Positions 46,669 to 57,996 are shown, counted from the whole stretch's first letter. The stretch is DNA of 62,949 nucleotides, filler included, from Candidatus Rokuibacteriota bacterium (GCA_031406795.1; 4 parts of 4 records of this genome joined end to end with filler, not necessarily neighbours in it); one strand, 5' to 3'. Numbers and translations are program-made. Notes: generated by a model not told the origin, from the letters alone.

Positions 46669-47874
46669 TCACTCATAGCGGAGGGCCTGGATGGGGTCGA
46701 GGCGTGAGGCCCGCCAGGCCGGGTAGAAGCCGAAGAAGATGCCCACGCCCGCCGCGACTCCCATGGACATCAAGGCGCTCGAGAGGTCGAGGACGGTTGC
46801 CAGGGGGCTGTACTTGGCGATCAGCAGCGCTGCTCCGGTGCCGACGCCGAGGCCGATCACGCCGCCGAGTCCGCTCATGATCACGGACTCGACGAGGAAC
46901 TGGAGCAGGATGTGCGCGTCGCGCGCGCCGATCGCCTTGCGGATGCCGATCTCGCGGGTGCGCTCGGTGACGGTCACGAGCATGATATTCATGATGCCGA
47001 TCCCGCCGACGAGCAGGGAGATCGCCGCGATCCCGCCGAGCAGGTACTTGAAGATGCCGGTGACCTCGCTGGCGCTCTCCCGGATGTCCGCCATGTTCGT
47101 GACCTGGAAGTCGTCATCGGCGCCCCGCGCGATCTTGTGCTCGCGGCGAAGCAGCTTGGTCACGCCCTCCTGCACCGCCGCCAGGTCGGCGCCGTCGGCG
47201 GCTTGAATCTCGATCTGGCGCAGCCGCGTCGTGCCGAAGAGCAGCTGCATCGCGACGGTGTAGGGCAGGGTGATGCGGTCGTCGGGGCTCATCCAGCCCT
47301 CGCCCTTGGGTTTGGTCACCCCGATGACGAGGAAATTGATCCCGTTGGCCTTGATGGTCTCGCCGAGAGCGTCGCTCGCGCCGAAGATGTTCTTTGCGGC
47401 CACGGGGCCGATGATCGCCACGCGCGACATGCGGTCGACCTCCCCCTCGGTGAAGGCCCGCCCGCGGTCGAGCTGGACATCGCGCAGGCGCAGGTAGGTC
47501 GCCGCGGTGCCGATGACCGTCGTGCGCGCGTTGCGGTTGGCGTACTTGATCTGGGCGCTGCCCTGGACGATCGGGGCGATCATCGCGATCCCCGGCACCT
47601 CGCGGGCAATCGCCTGAGCCTCCTCGAGCGTCAGGTTCTGCTGGAGGCCGGAGGCGACCCCGCCGGTGCCGCGCTGGCCCGGCTGCACGATCAGCAGGTT
47701 GGTCCCCATCGCGTTGAAACGGTCCATGACCTGCTTTTGCGCGCCGCTGCCGATGGCGAGCATCGCGATCACCGCGCCGACGCCGATGATGATCCCGAGC
47801 ATCGCGAGGATCGAGCGCAGCTTGCTCGCGAGCAGGCTCTTGATGCCGACCTTGAACACGGTCCAGAACAGCAT
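46669..47874 (-). CDS. MacB-like ABC permease
   Basis: LGIIIGVGAV, GGIGIMNIM..VTERTREIGIRKAIGA and LDPI.ALRYE motifs. Confidence 0.93.
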   Translation of the reverse strand: MLFWTVFKVGIKSLLASKLRSILAMLGIIIGVGAVIAMLAIGSGAQKQVMDRFNAMGTNLLIVQPGQRGTGGVASGLQQNLTLEEAQAIAREVPGIAMIAPIVQGSAQIKYANRNARTTVIGTAATYLRLRDVQLDRGRAFTEGEVDRMSRVAIIGPVAAKNIFGASDALGETIKANGINFLVIGVTKPKGEGWMSPDDRITLPYTVAMQLLFGTTRLRQIEIQAADGADLAAVQEGVTKLLRREHKIARGADDDFQVTNMADIRESASEVTGIFKYLLGGIAAISLLVGGIGIMNIMLVTVTERTREIGIRKAIGARDAHILLQFLVESVIMSGLGGVIGLGVGTGAALLIAKYSPLATVLDLSSALMSMGVAAGVGIFFGFYPAWRASRLDPIQALRYE

Positions 47875-47877
47875 GGC

Positions 47878-48563
<686 letters not shown>

Positions 48564-48564
<1 letters not shown>

Positions 48565-49276
48565 CAGCGCAGGCGCATCATCGGCGGCCCGCCGCCCGGA
48601 CGCTGCCCCTGGCCGTTCCATTTGCTTTCGGTGCCTTGAACCAGCACGGTTTCCCCCGCGGTGAGCCCCGAGAGGATCTCGGTGCGCCGCCCGTCGCTGA
48701 TCCCGGTGCTCACTTCGCGGTCGGATTTCGCGCCGTCGGGCAGCTGCAGCGAGACCCAGGTCTTGCCGCCGCGCCGGAAGATTGCGTCCGTGGGGGCGAG
48801 CAGCGCGTCCGGCCGCTCGTCGATCAGGATCTCGACGTTGGCGGTCATCTCGGGGCGTAACGACTCCTTGTCCCGGGCGGTGACCTCGAGCTTGACCTCG
48901 AACGTGACGACGTTGGAGACGTTCACCCCGCGCGGCGAGATCCGGGCCACCTCGCCGGCGAACTCCCGGTTGCGGAAGGCGTCCACGGTGATCTTGACCT
49001 GCTGCCCGGGGCGCACCTGACCGATGTCGCTCTCGTCGACCGCAGCCAGCACGAAGATCCGCGAGAGATCCGAGACGACGAGGGCCGTCGTGCCGCCGCC
49101 GACGTTGCTGATCCCCGAGGAGATGATCTGCCCGATCTGGACGGCGCGCTGGGTGACCACGCCATCGACCGGCGAGACGACCCGTGTCTCGGTCAGGCGC
49201 TGGCGCGCGAGGTCGAGGCTGACCTGGTCGTTGTCGACCTGGGCCTCGGCGATGCGGATCTGCTGGCGGGCCTGCT
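48564..49276 (-). CDS. MacA-like periplasmic adaptor (5' end lost in gap)
   Basis: SPVDGVV, VDESDIG.V..GQ, LRPEMTANV and EILSGL motifs. Confidence 0.88.
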
Positions 49277-49376
49277 NNNNNNNNNNNNNNNNNNNNNNNN
49301 NNNNNNNNNNNNNNNNNNNNTTAATTAATTAANNNNNNNNNNNNNNNNNNNNNNNNNNNNNNNNNNNNNNNNNNNN
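49277..49376. other. artificial contig linker
   Basis: N44-TTAATTAATTAA-N44. Confidence 0.98.
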
Positions 49377-50453
49377 GGCCGAGAGGAACACGAGGAACTG
49401 CTCGTTCTGGTGCGGCGTGTGGCCCGGCTCAAGCAGGTTGAGCCCGTCGTCGGTGGCCAGCGACCAGTTGTTGTGCTTGCCCGAGCCGTTGATGCCGGCG
49501 TAGGGCTTCTCGTGGAGCAGGCAGACCATGTCGTGGCGCAGCGCCACCTTCTGCATCGTCTCCATGACCAGCTGGTTGTGGTCGGCGGCGATGTTGGTCG
49601 TCGAGAAGATCGGCGCCATCTCGAACTGCGCCGGGGCGACCTCGTTGTGCTTCGTCTTCGAGGTGATGCCCATCTTCCAGAGCTGGATGTCGAGATCCTT
49701 CATGTAGGCGGCGACGCGGTCCTTGATCGCGCCGAAGTACTGGTCCTCGAGCTCCTGCCCCTTGGGGGGCGCGGCGCCGAACAGCGTGCGGCCGCAGGCG
49801 ATCAGGTCGAGGCGCTCGAGGTAGCGCTCCTTCTCGACGAGGAAGTACTCCTGCTCCGGGCCGACGGTGGCCGTCACCCGCGTGGCGGTCTTGTCGCCGA
49901 GGGCGCGCAGCACGCGCAGCGCCTGGTCGGAGACCGCCCTCATCGAACGCAACAGCGGCGTCTTCTTGTCGAGCGCCTCCCCGTGGTAGGAGTAGAACGC
50001 GGTCGGGATGCACAGCGTGACGTCCCCGGCGGCGTCCTCCTTGAGGAAGGCCGGCGAGGTCGCGTCCCAGGCGGTGTAGCCTCTCGCCTCGAAGGTGGCG
50101 CGCAGCCCCCCCGACGGAAACGAGGATGCGTCCGGCTCGCCCTGGATCAGCTGCTTGCCGGAAAACTCCATGATCACGCCGCCGTCCTCGGTGGGCGTGA
50201 TGAAGGAATCGTGCTTTTCGGCGGTGGTCCCGGTCAGGGGCTGGAACCAGTGGGTGTAGTGCGAGGCACCCTTCTCGAGCGCCCAATCCTTCATCGCGTT
50301 GGCAACGACCGCGGCGATCTCCGGCTTGAGCGGCAGTCCCTTGTCGATCGTCTGCCGCATGCCCTTATAGGCCTCCTTGGGCAGGCGCTCCTTCATGACC
50401 CGGTCGTTGAAGACGTTGGCGCCGAACAATTCAGGTATCGTGTTCTTCCCCAT
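49377..50453 (-). CDS. glnA: glutamine synthetase type III (3' end lost in gap)
   Basis: [43 protein letters not shown] and NGSGKH motifs. Confidence 0.93.
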
Positions 50454-50494
50454 CTGTTTCCCCTCCGTTAGGGTTGATTTCGCTGGCTGAGTGT

Positions 50495-50510
50495 AGCAAT
50501 GGACGTGCCA
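50495..50510 (-). promoter_or_regulatory. sigma54 (-24/-12) promoter of glnA
   Basis: Minus strand TGGCAC-GTCCA-TTGCT matches TGGCAC-N5-TTGC exactly, about 40 nt upstream of the ATG. Confidence 0.85.
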
Positions 50511-50693
50511 TGAATGCCAATTTTCATTCACTCCTGTAACCAATGATAAACAAAGGAATATTTAACGATTTCGTGATCACGCCCCACTTCCCGAGCGACA
50601 AAACCGCTGTTTTTGCACTAAAGAACATACCGCATGGTAGCCTTGTTGTCACGGACGGTGAACCGTACCTGCTACTCCAACTCCTGTCTATGC

Positions 50694-50772
50694 GTAGGGA
50701 AGCGGGTGAATCCCCTCCTGTCGTACCCTTTGAACCGTTCTCGACTCGGGCGGGGATCAACCCCGCCCCAAC
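50694..50772. repeat. inverted REP pair (family C)
   Basis: GTAGGGAAGCGGGTGAATCCCCTCCTG and CGGGCGGGGATCAACCCCGCCCCAAC. Confidence 0.75.
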
Positions 50773-50793
50773 GAAGCTTCGTGCTCCCGTCGC

Positions 50794-52482
50794 TCACCCC
50801 TTCACTTCGAAGACATGCAACAGCACGCGCGCCCGCGCTGCCGCCGTGTAGAGGATGGCGCGGTCGCTGAAAAGGTCGTTCTCCCGCACGTCGATCAGGA
50901 TGACGACGTCGGATTCCAGGCCCTTGAACTTGTGGATCGTGGTGCAGAGTACCGCGCCCTCGCGGTTCAGCGGGTCGGTGGAGAGACGCTGGCCGGCGAG
51001 CTGGTCGACCCCGCTGAGGCTGCTGTTCTCCTTGGTGTGGGGGGCAATGACCGTGATTCGTCCGGGGGGGACCTGCTTTTGGTTCACCAGATCCTCGACG
51101 AGCCGGTCGACGGCGCGTGCGGCGGCTGCCGCCCCGTGCGGCTGTGGGTGGAACACCGGCGCTTCCCCCTCGGGGTTGCGCGTGAAGGGGGCGGCGGCGT
51201 GCTCGGCGAGGCCGCGCAGGAAGCCGGCGATGCTGCGGGTGTTGCGGAAGTTGACGCCGAGGACAGTGGCCGGGTGCGGGGGGAGGTTGCAGCCTGTGCC
51301 GAAGATGTCCTGCGCCGGGTCGTAAAAAACGACGAAGGTGCCGCGCGCCGGGTCGCGCAGGAGCCCCTCGAGCAGGTCGAACCAGTCCCGGTGAAAGTCC
51401 TGGCCCTCGTCGACGATCACGGCATCATAGCGGGGAAGCAGACCGGCCTCGAGCGCCGCCAGGAGTCTGTCCGGCATCAGTTCGTTCCAGTACGCCCCGG
51501 CGGCCGGCCTGTCGCCGGCGGGGGGCCGCGGCGGGACATCCCCGGTGGCTGCCGCGGCCTCGGCGCAGAGGTCGTGGAAGGTCGCCGCGCGGACGCGGTC
51601 CGCGAGCGGGCCCCAGGAAGCGATGATCTCGCCGATCCACCGTGCCAGCGCGATGTTGAAGCAGGTCAGCAGGACGTGCCGGCCCTCGAGCGCGGCCGCG
51701 CGCGCCAGCTCGAGCGCGAGCAGCGTCTTGCCGCTGCCGGCCCCGCCGCGGACGAGCAGGCGCGGGGCGGAGACCAGGCTGCGCAGCACCTCGATCTGCT
51801 CGTCGCTCAAGCGAACGATGGCCTGGCTGTCGAGCTCCAGGCGGGCGCCGAAGGTGGGGGCGAGCCTCCAGCGGGGGAGAAGGACGTGCTTGCGGAACTG
51901 GGTGAACTGGCGCTCGTCGAGCGCGCGGGCGGGCGGGCGGCCGCTCCCCCAGTACCCGAGGATCTCGGGCACGCGCCTCCCGAGGCGGGCCAGGTCCTCG
52001 CCGAAAAGAACGATCCCCGGCGAAACCTCCGCGGGCAGGGGGCCGAGGCGGCCGGCGCCGACGGCGGGGAACGCGACGGCGTGGCCGTACACGAACGGAA
52101 AGGCGCCATCGAGTTCGGGGAAGAGCCGCGCGATCTTCGGGCGGAGCTCATCGACGAGTTCCTTGATGTGCCGCTGCGACTGGCGAAAGGGGCTCTCGTC
52201 GAGGGGCTCCTCGCGGCCGCCGGCGGCCAGGCGCATCCAGGTGCCGTCGCCGCGCAGATGGACGCCCTCTCCCTTGCACCCGATCGCGAGCAGCCCCAGC
52301 TCGCGGTGGACGACGAGAAAGTCGATCGCGCCCTCACGGGGCTGCACGCTGCCGAGGTAGGCGTAGTCGTGAAAGACGTGGAACTCCTCGGGGAGGCCGG
52401 AGCGCAGAGCCTCGAAGAGGTTCTTCTCGGCGAACCACCCGGGGCGCCAGAGCGGGGGGGAGGGGGGAACCATGAGCGCCAC
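50794..52482 (-). CDS. NERD-domain + SF1 helicase-like protein
   Basis: IDFLVVH...KG, GGAGSGKT, VDEGQD, NFRNT, FKGLE and YTAAARA motifs. Confidence 0.85.
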   Translation of the reverse strand: MALMVPPSPPLWRPGWFAEKNLFEALRSGLPEEFHVFHDYAYLGSVQPREGAIDFLVVHRELGLLAIGCKGEGVHLRGDGTWMRLAAGGREEPLDESPFRQSQRHIKELVDELRPKIARLFPELDGAFPFVYGHAVAFPAVGAGRLGPLPAEVSPGIVLFGEDLARLGRRVPEILGYWGSGRPPARALDERQFTQFRKHVLLPRWRLAPTFGARLELDSQAIVRLSDEQIEVLRSLVSAPRLLVRGGAGSGKTLLALELARAAALEGRHVLLTCFNIALARWIGEIIASWGPLADRVRAATFHDLCAEAAAATGDVPPRPPAGDRPAAGAYWNELMPDRLLAALEAGLLPRYDAVIVDEGQDFHRDWFDLLEGLLRDPARGTFVVFYDPAQDIFGTGCNLPPHPATVLGVNFRNTRSIAGFLRGLAEHAAAPFTRNPEGEAPVFHPQPHGAAAAARAVDRLVEDLVNQKQVPPGRITVIAPHTKENSSLSGVDQLAGQRLSTDPLNREGAVLCTTIHKFKGLESDVVILIDVRENDLFSDRAILYTAAARARVLLHVFEVKG

Positions 52483-52506
52483 GGGTGGCCGGTCCTTCCG
52501 CGAGCC

Positions 52507-52983
52507 TTACTTCAGGACGGGCGCGGCCGGGGCGGACGGCTTGACCGGCGCCACCAGCGAGAGATACAGCGTGATCGCGCCAACCTCCGCGTCGGCGAGC
52601 GTCCCGGGCTTCATGGCCGCCATCCGCAGAACGGTGGCCTTCCACTGTTCGGGGTTCTTGATCGCCGTGAGCGGGCGCTGCAGGTCGTGGCAGCCGTTGC
52701 ACTTCGTTTCGAAAACGGATTTCGCGGTGAGGTAACCGACGAGCGGGTCAACCTGCGACTTTTCGAGTTCCATCCGCTTCGCGAGCATCCGCTTGACGGT
52801 GTTCTCCCAACCGGCGCGGTCCGCCTGCACGGCGAGAACGCGTTCGAGCGTGTGGCAGGTGATGCAGTTCTTCTCGAAGAGGGTCCGGCCCTCGCCAAGC
52901 GGGGAGGGCTCGGCGCCGATCGCGACTGTGGCGGACAGGGTCAGGGCAGCGGCGGCGATGAGGGTGGTGAAGCTGGTACGCAT
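52507..52983 (-). CDS. exported diheme c-type cytochrome
   Basis: Signal peptide and a duplicated unit CxxCH...W..TV.RM (CITCH, CNGCH). AGGAGG RBS. Confidence 0.85.
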   Translation of the reverse strand: MRTSFTTLIAAAALTLSATVAIGAEPSPLGEGRTLFEKNCITCHTLERVLAVQADRAGWENTVKRMLAKRMELEKSQVDPLVGYLTAKSVFETKCNGCHDLQRPLTAIKNPEQWKATVLRMAAMKPGTLADAEVGAITLYLSLVAPVKPSAPAAPVLK

Positions 52984-53125
52984 GGTCTGTCTCCTCCTGG
53001 TTGTGGTTCTCTTCCATTCCCGTGCGGGCTGCGGGTTCCTGGCGCTGCGGACTCCGCTCCGCGCCACCCCGTCGCCCTGCTAAGTTCCAGGCGACAATGA
53101 TAAATGATTTTCGTCCACGATTAAG

Positions 53126-53804
53126 CTATTTAGTCCGCAGGTAGCGGTCGGCGGCGGCCGCGGCGCGGCGGCCCTGATCGATCGCGGTGACGATCAGCCG
53201 CGCACCAAGCACGCAGTCGCCGGCGGCGAAGACCCCGGGCGCGGAGGTCATCAGATCGGCATCGGTCAGCAGGCAGGCTCCGGGGTTGAGCTCCAGCCCG
53301 AAGTCGGTGACCAGCGCGCTGTGCTCGGTGTGCATGAAGCCCATCGCGAAGACCACCAGGTCGGCCGGCAGCTCGAATTCGCTGCCGGGGATCTCCTTGA
53401 AGGAGCGCCGTCCGGCGGTGTCGACCGCGCCCCACTCGACCCTGACGCAGCGCAGGGCCCGCACGCGGCCCTCCTGGTCGCCGAGAACCTCCTGCGTCGA
53501 GATTCCCCACATTCGCGCGCACCCCTCGTCGTGGGAGGATCCGGTGCGGAGGATCTGCGGCCAGTGCGGCCACGGGTTGTCGATCGAGCGCTCGCGCGGC
53601 GGTTCGGGGAGGATTTCGACCTGGGTGATCGCGGCCGCTCCCTGGCGCCGGGCTGTCCCGACGCAGTCGGCGCCGGTGTCACCGCCGCCGACCACGACCA
53701 CGGTTCGCCCGGCGGCGGCGACGTCGGTGCCGGGAGCGAGCGAGTCGCCCGCGACGCGGCGGTTCTGGGCGGTGAGATACTCCATCGCCAGGTGAACGCC
53801 CTGC
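53126..53804 (-). CDS. gltD: glutamate synthase small subunit, C-terminal part
   Basis: GGGDTGADC, NPWPHWP, AMGF, FAAGD and AI.QGR motifs. Confidence 0.88.
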
Positions 53805-53904
53805 NNNNNNNNNNNNNNNNNNNNNNNNNNNNNNNNNNNNNNNNNNNNTTAATTAATTAANNNNNNNNNNNNNNNNNNNNNNNNNNNNNNNNNNNNNNNN
53901 NNNN
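53805..53904. other. artificial contig linker
   Basis: N44-TTAATTAATTAA-N44. Confidence 0.98.
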
Positions 53905-54118
53905 GTTCACCCCGCCGGTTGGTATGCCCGTAGAGATGCGCCTGGTAGCCCCGCACGACTTCCCGCGTGATGCCGGCGACGTCGTCCACGTCGTTCTCGT
54001 CAAGGAATTCAAAGAACCGCCTGAGGTAAAAGCGATGCTGCTTGATCGTGCCGGGGGCGAGGTTCCGGACAGCCATGTGCGCCAGATAGCGCTCCGCAAG
54101 GGTCGCCAGGTCAGTCAC
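53905..54118 (-). CDS. second tyrosine recombinase, N-terminal SAM-like domain (truncated by gap)
   Basis: YL.HM..RNLAPGTI......LRRF.EFL...ITREVVRGYQ.HL parallels the N-terminus of the adjacent recombinase. Confidence 0.75.
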
Positions 54119-55100
54119 GGCGGCGCGGCTCCTTCACGGTCCTGATGTCGGGAGTGAATTCTTCCTTAACCGCCTCGTCACGCTCCCGGGGATGCGAGAG
54201 ACGGTGTGTCTTCTTGATCTCCACGCCGGCAACGTGCGCATACAACTGCGTCACCGAGAGGTTGGCATGCCCGAGCATCCTTTGCACCGCGGTGATGTCC
54301 GCGCCATTTCGGACCATATCCGTCGCGAACGTGTGCCGAAAGGTGTGGGGCGTGACATTCTTTCGCATGCCGGCGGCGCGCGCGTATTTCCTCACTGTCT
54401 TCTGAACGGCTTGCTGCGAAAGCGGCACGCCCAATCGGCCCACGAACAGGCATCTCTCCGCCCGTTTCCCCCGCGTGTAGTGCGGACGCACCTTCGCGAG
54501 GTACGTCTTCAGGAACTTCACGGCGTGGCGGCCGAGGGGGATCACCCGGTCCTTGGCTCCCTTGCCCTTGTTGACCCGCAGCAAGCCTCCTTGCAGATCG
54601 CAATCAAAGAGTGTCAGGCGCCTCAGCTCCCCCAGCCGAATCCCGGTGGAGTAAAAGACCTCCAGCATGGCGCGGTCCCGGACACCGATTTCGAGCGAGA
54701 GGTTCGGCGCATTCAGGATCCGCCGTGTCTCCTTCGCGGTCAGCACCACCCGCGGCAGGCGGGTTTCTTTCTTCGGCTCCTTGAACGTCTCGGCGGGGTT
54801 GACCAGGATCCGGTTCATCGCCTCCAGGTACTCGAACAGCCGCCTTACCGCGCGGACCTTGAGGCAGAGCGTCGAGACGCTGTAACCACGGTCGCCGCGG
54901 ACTCGGTGCTCCGCGAGCCGCAGCCGGTAGGCTTCGAGGTGGTCACGGGTGACACGTTTGGCGTCCTTGACGCCGATCTCGGCGAGATAGGCAAAGAACC
55001 CGCGCAGATAGTCGGTGTAGGTGGCAATGCTCGCCGTGGTGTAGCTCTTGACCTGCAGGTGCTCCCGGAACGCAAAAAGCAGATCCTCGAACGCGCTCAT
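54111..55100 (-). CDS. XerC/D-like tyrosine recombinase
   Basis: TGIRLGEL, KGKGAKDR, HTFRH, LGH and TQLY give the full catalytic set. Confidence 0.95.
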   Translation of the reverse strand: MSAFEDLLFAFREHLQVKSYTTASIATYTDYLRGFFAYLAEIGVKDAKRVTRDHLEAYRLRLAEHRVRGDRGYSVSTLCLKVRAVRRLFEYLEAMNRILVNPAETFKEPKKETRLPRVVLTAKETRRILNAPNLSLEIGVRDRAMLEVFYSTGIRLGELRRLTLFDCDLQGGLLRVNKGKGAKDRVIPLGRHAVKFLKTYLAKVRPHYTRGKRAERCLFVGRLGVPLSQQAVQKTVRKYARAAGMRKNVTPHTFRHTFATDMVRNGADITAVQRMLGHANLSVTQLYAHVAGVEIKKTHRLSHPRERDEAVKEEFTPDIRTVKEPRRRD

Positions 55101-55156
55101 CTGCCAACGAACACTCGGCGGTTAAGAGAGAGCGGTATCCATGCTCTTGCCACGAA

Positions 55157-55288
55157 CCCTCCAAGTTGGGGACGGATTGCCCGTAACTCCTTGCCGGGCA
55201 AGGTCTGGCGGTGTTTCGCGGTCGCCCTCCAAGTGCCCACCAACCGCCCTCCAACTACCCTCCAAGTTCACGGATTCGCCCTCCAAGT
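55157..55288. repeat. iteron-like direct repeats CCCTCCAA(G/C)T
   Basis: Copies start at 55157, 55225, 55236 (variant), 55247, 55258 and 55279. Four are spaced exactly 11 bp apart. Confidence 0.85.
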
Positions 55289-57996
55289 TAGGGCTGCGGC
55301 GCCGGGCGTTCCTTGGTCCCGGCGATCCTTTCCCTTAACCGCTCCACGCTCATGAGCCCCGCGAGGAACGGTCGGCCGTCCTCACCGCCGCCCGAATAGA
55401 GCAGCTCGTAGATGTACTCCTTGCCCTTCTTGCCGGCGACCGAGTAGAGGTACTCCATGTCCTCAAGCTGTTTGATGTGGCACTTGACCTGGAAGTCGCT
55501 CCACCGGCACCAGTCGCGCACGTCGCGGCGCGTAAAGTGGAACTCCGCCACTTCGGTCTTCGCCTGGCGGCACCTGGCCTCGACCATCTCCCGGATCATC
55601 TTCAAGAGCAGGCGCGAGGGCGGGGAGAGCTCGTCCAACGTGCGGCCCAGCACCTCGCCGGCGAGGCGGTTGGCCTTTTCGATGTCCTCGAGCGTCACCT
55701 CGATGTACTCGATCACCGCGCCGCCGTGCTCGACGCTCTTCACCGGCCGTTGGTATTGGTGCAGGAACGCGATGGCCTTGATCAGCCCGAGGTACTTCTT
55801 GTGGTCCCGCCGCGCTCGTAAGGAATCGGAGGGGAACGTCAGGTGCCCGGCATAAGGGTTGATCACCTGCAGGGGCCGTAGGAGCCGCTGCGCGTTCTGG
55901 TGGCGGCGCACCACGCAATCGGTCTCGGCCTTCTTCACCAAGCCCGCCAACGTCTCCTGCTCGCGCTGCTTGTCGAGGATCTTCTCGGTCATTTCCCGGG
56001 ACTCGTCAATGGTGAGCGTCACGAACCGGTTGCTCGTCTCGTAGTCCAGCTCGACTTCGGTCGTCGTGATCATCAGCGCCACCGGCCCCCGGACCCGGTA
56101 CTCCTCGGTCTTGAGCTTTCCGGTGGCCGGGTCCTTGCCGGTCGCGGCGATCGTGAGGCACTTCGCGGACTGAATGTTGCGGATGCTGTAGGAGGCCTCC
56201 CGCGCACCGTGTTCCTCCTCGATGGCGAGGAGTTTGTGAACCAGACTGTCTTCCTCCTTGTAGAACAGCGCCTGTCCGGTGAGCCGGGTGTACTTGATGC
56301 AGTCTTCCGGCGGCATGAGCGAGATCACGGCGTCCTGCAACGTGCTCTTGCCCGCCGCACTTCTGGACTGGACCAGCACCGAGATCGGATCATCGAGCTT
56401 GCGGCTCGTGGCGGCCACGTACCCGACGAGCTTGTTCGCCTCCTCGCCCGTGAGCCCGATCGTCTCGAAATCCTCCAGAATGCGGTTAAAGAGGGAAGGG
56501 TCTTTCAGGAACTCCAGGGCCTCCTCTTCATCGGTCCGGGTCATCTTCGGCGCGCTGGACTTGTCCTCCTTCGCCGACGGCGACCACCCCTCCGCCAGTT
56601 CGATCAGCCGGGTGACGTCCTCGGCGACCAGGTCTTCCTTTTCCCCGAACAGCTCCGCGCAGGCCTTCGCGAACAGAACGCGACTGCGGTTCGAATTCAG
56701 GTCCACGGTGTCCAGGTGGAACTTTTCCCGGGTGTCGCTCTGGCCTCGCTTGACAGCCTTCACCGTGAGCCGCAGCCTGAGGCCGGTCTTTTCGACGCCG
56801 CGCACCTCGTACCGACGTTCCCCGTATTGCACGACAAAGCCGCCCTCAGTCGGCTCGTAATGCCGCCGCTCGGCCTTGACCGACTTGTCGGAGTGGACGG
56901 CTGTCCGCGGATTCGCCTCCCGCAGCAGCCGCTCGAACACCGCGGCCGGCTCGGGGACGGTTGCAAAGAGACTGTTCACGTCCACCTTCGTCGCGGCGTC
57001 GCCGGCAGCGGGGAGGCGCATGACGTAGGCCGCGATGCCTTTCTCTTTTAACTGCCCGGCGATCTTCTCGGCGCCCTTGTCCCCGGCATCGTCCCGATCA
57101 AAGCAGACGTAAACCTCCTTGGTCTTGTGCCGGGCAATGAGGGCGAGATGGTCCTCCGTGAGACCGTTGACACCCCAGCATGGCACCACGTCCTTGAACC
57201 CGGATCCGTAGAGCGTCAGAGCGTCAACCACGGACTCGGCGAGGATCAGGGTGGGACTCCTCTTAACCGCCGGGTGGTTCCAGACACCTTGCCGTGGACC
57301 GGGCAGGTAAAGGTGGTTGACCTCGCCATCCGTGATCCGCCGTCCGTAGAGCCCCACGCAGTCCCGGTTCTCGTCGAACACCGGGAACACCGCGCACCCG
57401 TAGAACAGCTCCCGGCCCCGCTCGGTGAGGATCCCCGCTTCCCGGAGGGCGGCACGGACGTCGCCTTCCTCGGGCACGGTGTTCAGGAGCGTCCCGTTGG
57501 CATAGCCGACCTGGAAGTTCTCGAACGTCGCGGCGTCCGTGATCCCCCGGGCCTTGAGGTACTCACGCGCTCGGGGGTCTTCGCAAAACGTCTGGTGGTA
57601 AAAAGACACGACACGATTGAGCAAACGCACACGATTTGGTGACGAAACGTCGGGCGCCGGCACGTCAGTCTTGCCGCCTCGCCCTTTTAAAAGGGCGGGG
57701 GCCGGGGTGGGAGACCCTTTACCATTGCCGCTGCGTAGTTTCTCGACAGCTTCTCGAAACCCGAGGCCATCTTTTTTCGTGAGGAATCCGATTGCGTCAC
57801 CGCCAGCGCCGCACCCGAAACAGTGCCAAAGATTCGTCTTGGGATTGACAGTAAATGAGGGGGTCTTCTCATCGTGGAACGGACACAAGCCGACCCAGTT
57901 CGTCCCCTTGCGCTTGAGCACCACCCCGCCGGACTCCACCACCGCCCGCAGGTCCGCCCGCTTGATCGCAGCGAGCTCCTCCCGATTGATCAGCAT
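55288..57996 (-). CDS. CHC2 zinc-finger/Toprim DNA primase fused to a P-loop ATPase (primase-helicase-like)
   Basis: CPFHDEKTPSF...CFGC, AESVVDA, CFDRDDAG, SRSAAGKS and LLAIEEE motifs. GAGGAG RBS before ATG 57996. Confidence 0.9.
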   Translation of the reverse strand: MLINREELAAIKRADLRAVVESGGVVLKRKGTNWVGLCPFHDEKTPSFTVNPKTNLWHCFGCGAGGDAIGFLTKKDGLGFREAVEKLRSGNGKGSPTPAPALLKGRGGKTDVPAPDVSSPNRVRLLNRVVSFYHQTFCEDPRAREYLKARGITDAATFENFQVGYANGTLLNTVPEEGDVRAALREAGILTERGRELFYGCAVFPVFDENRDCVGLYGRRITDGEVNHLYLPGPRQGVWNHPAVKRSPTLILAESVVDALTLYGSGFKDVVPCWGVNGLTEDHLALIARHKTKEVYVCFDRDDAGDKGAEKIAGQLKEKGIAAYVMRLPAAGDAATKVDVNSLFATVPEPAAVFERLLREANPRTAVHSDKSVKAERRHYEPTEGGFVVQYGERRYEVRGVEKTGLRLRLTVKAVKRGQSDTREKFHLDTVDLNSNRSRVLFAKACAELFGEKEDLVAEDVTRLIELAEGWSPSAKEDKSSAPKMTRTDEEEALEFLKDPSLFNRILEDFETIGLTGEEANKLVGYVAATSRKLDDPISVLVQSRSAAGKSTLQDAVISLMPPEDCIKYTRLTGQALFYKEEDSLVHKLLAIEEEHGAREASYSIRNIQSAKCLTIAATGKDPATGKLKTEEYRVRGPVALMITTTEVELDYETSNRFVTLTIDESREMTEKILDKQREQETLAGLVKKAETDCVVRRHQNAQRLLRPLQVINPYAGHLTFPSDSLRARRDHKKYLGLIKAIAFLHQYQRPVKSVEHGGAVIEYIEVTLEDIEKANRLAGEVLGRTLDELSPPSRLLLKMIREMVEARCRQAKTEVAEFHFTRRDVRDWCRWSDFQVKCHIKQLEDMEYLYSVAGKKGKEYIYELLYSGGGEDGRPFLAGLMSVERLRERIAGTKERPAPQP

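Noticed and set aside
53093-53115. Fur-box-like AT-rich site upstream of the diheme cytochrome (GACAATGATAAATGATTTTCGTC)
   Set aside because: The match is partial with shifted spacing, too weak to call without a PWM scan.
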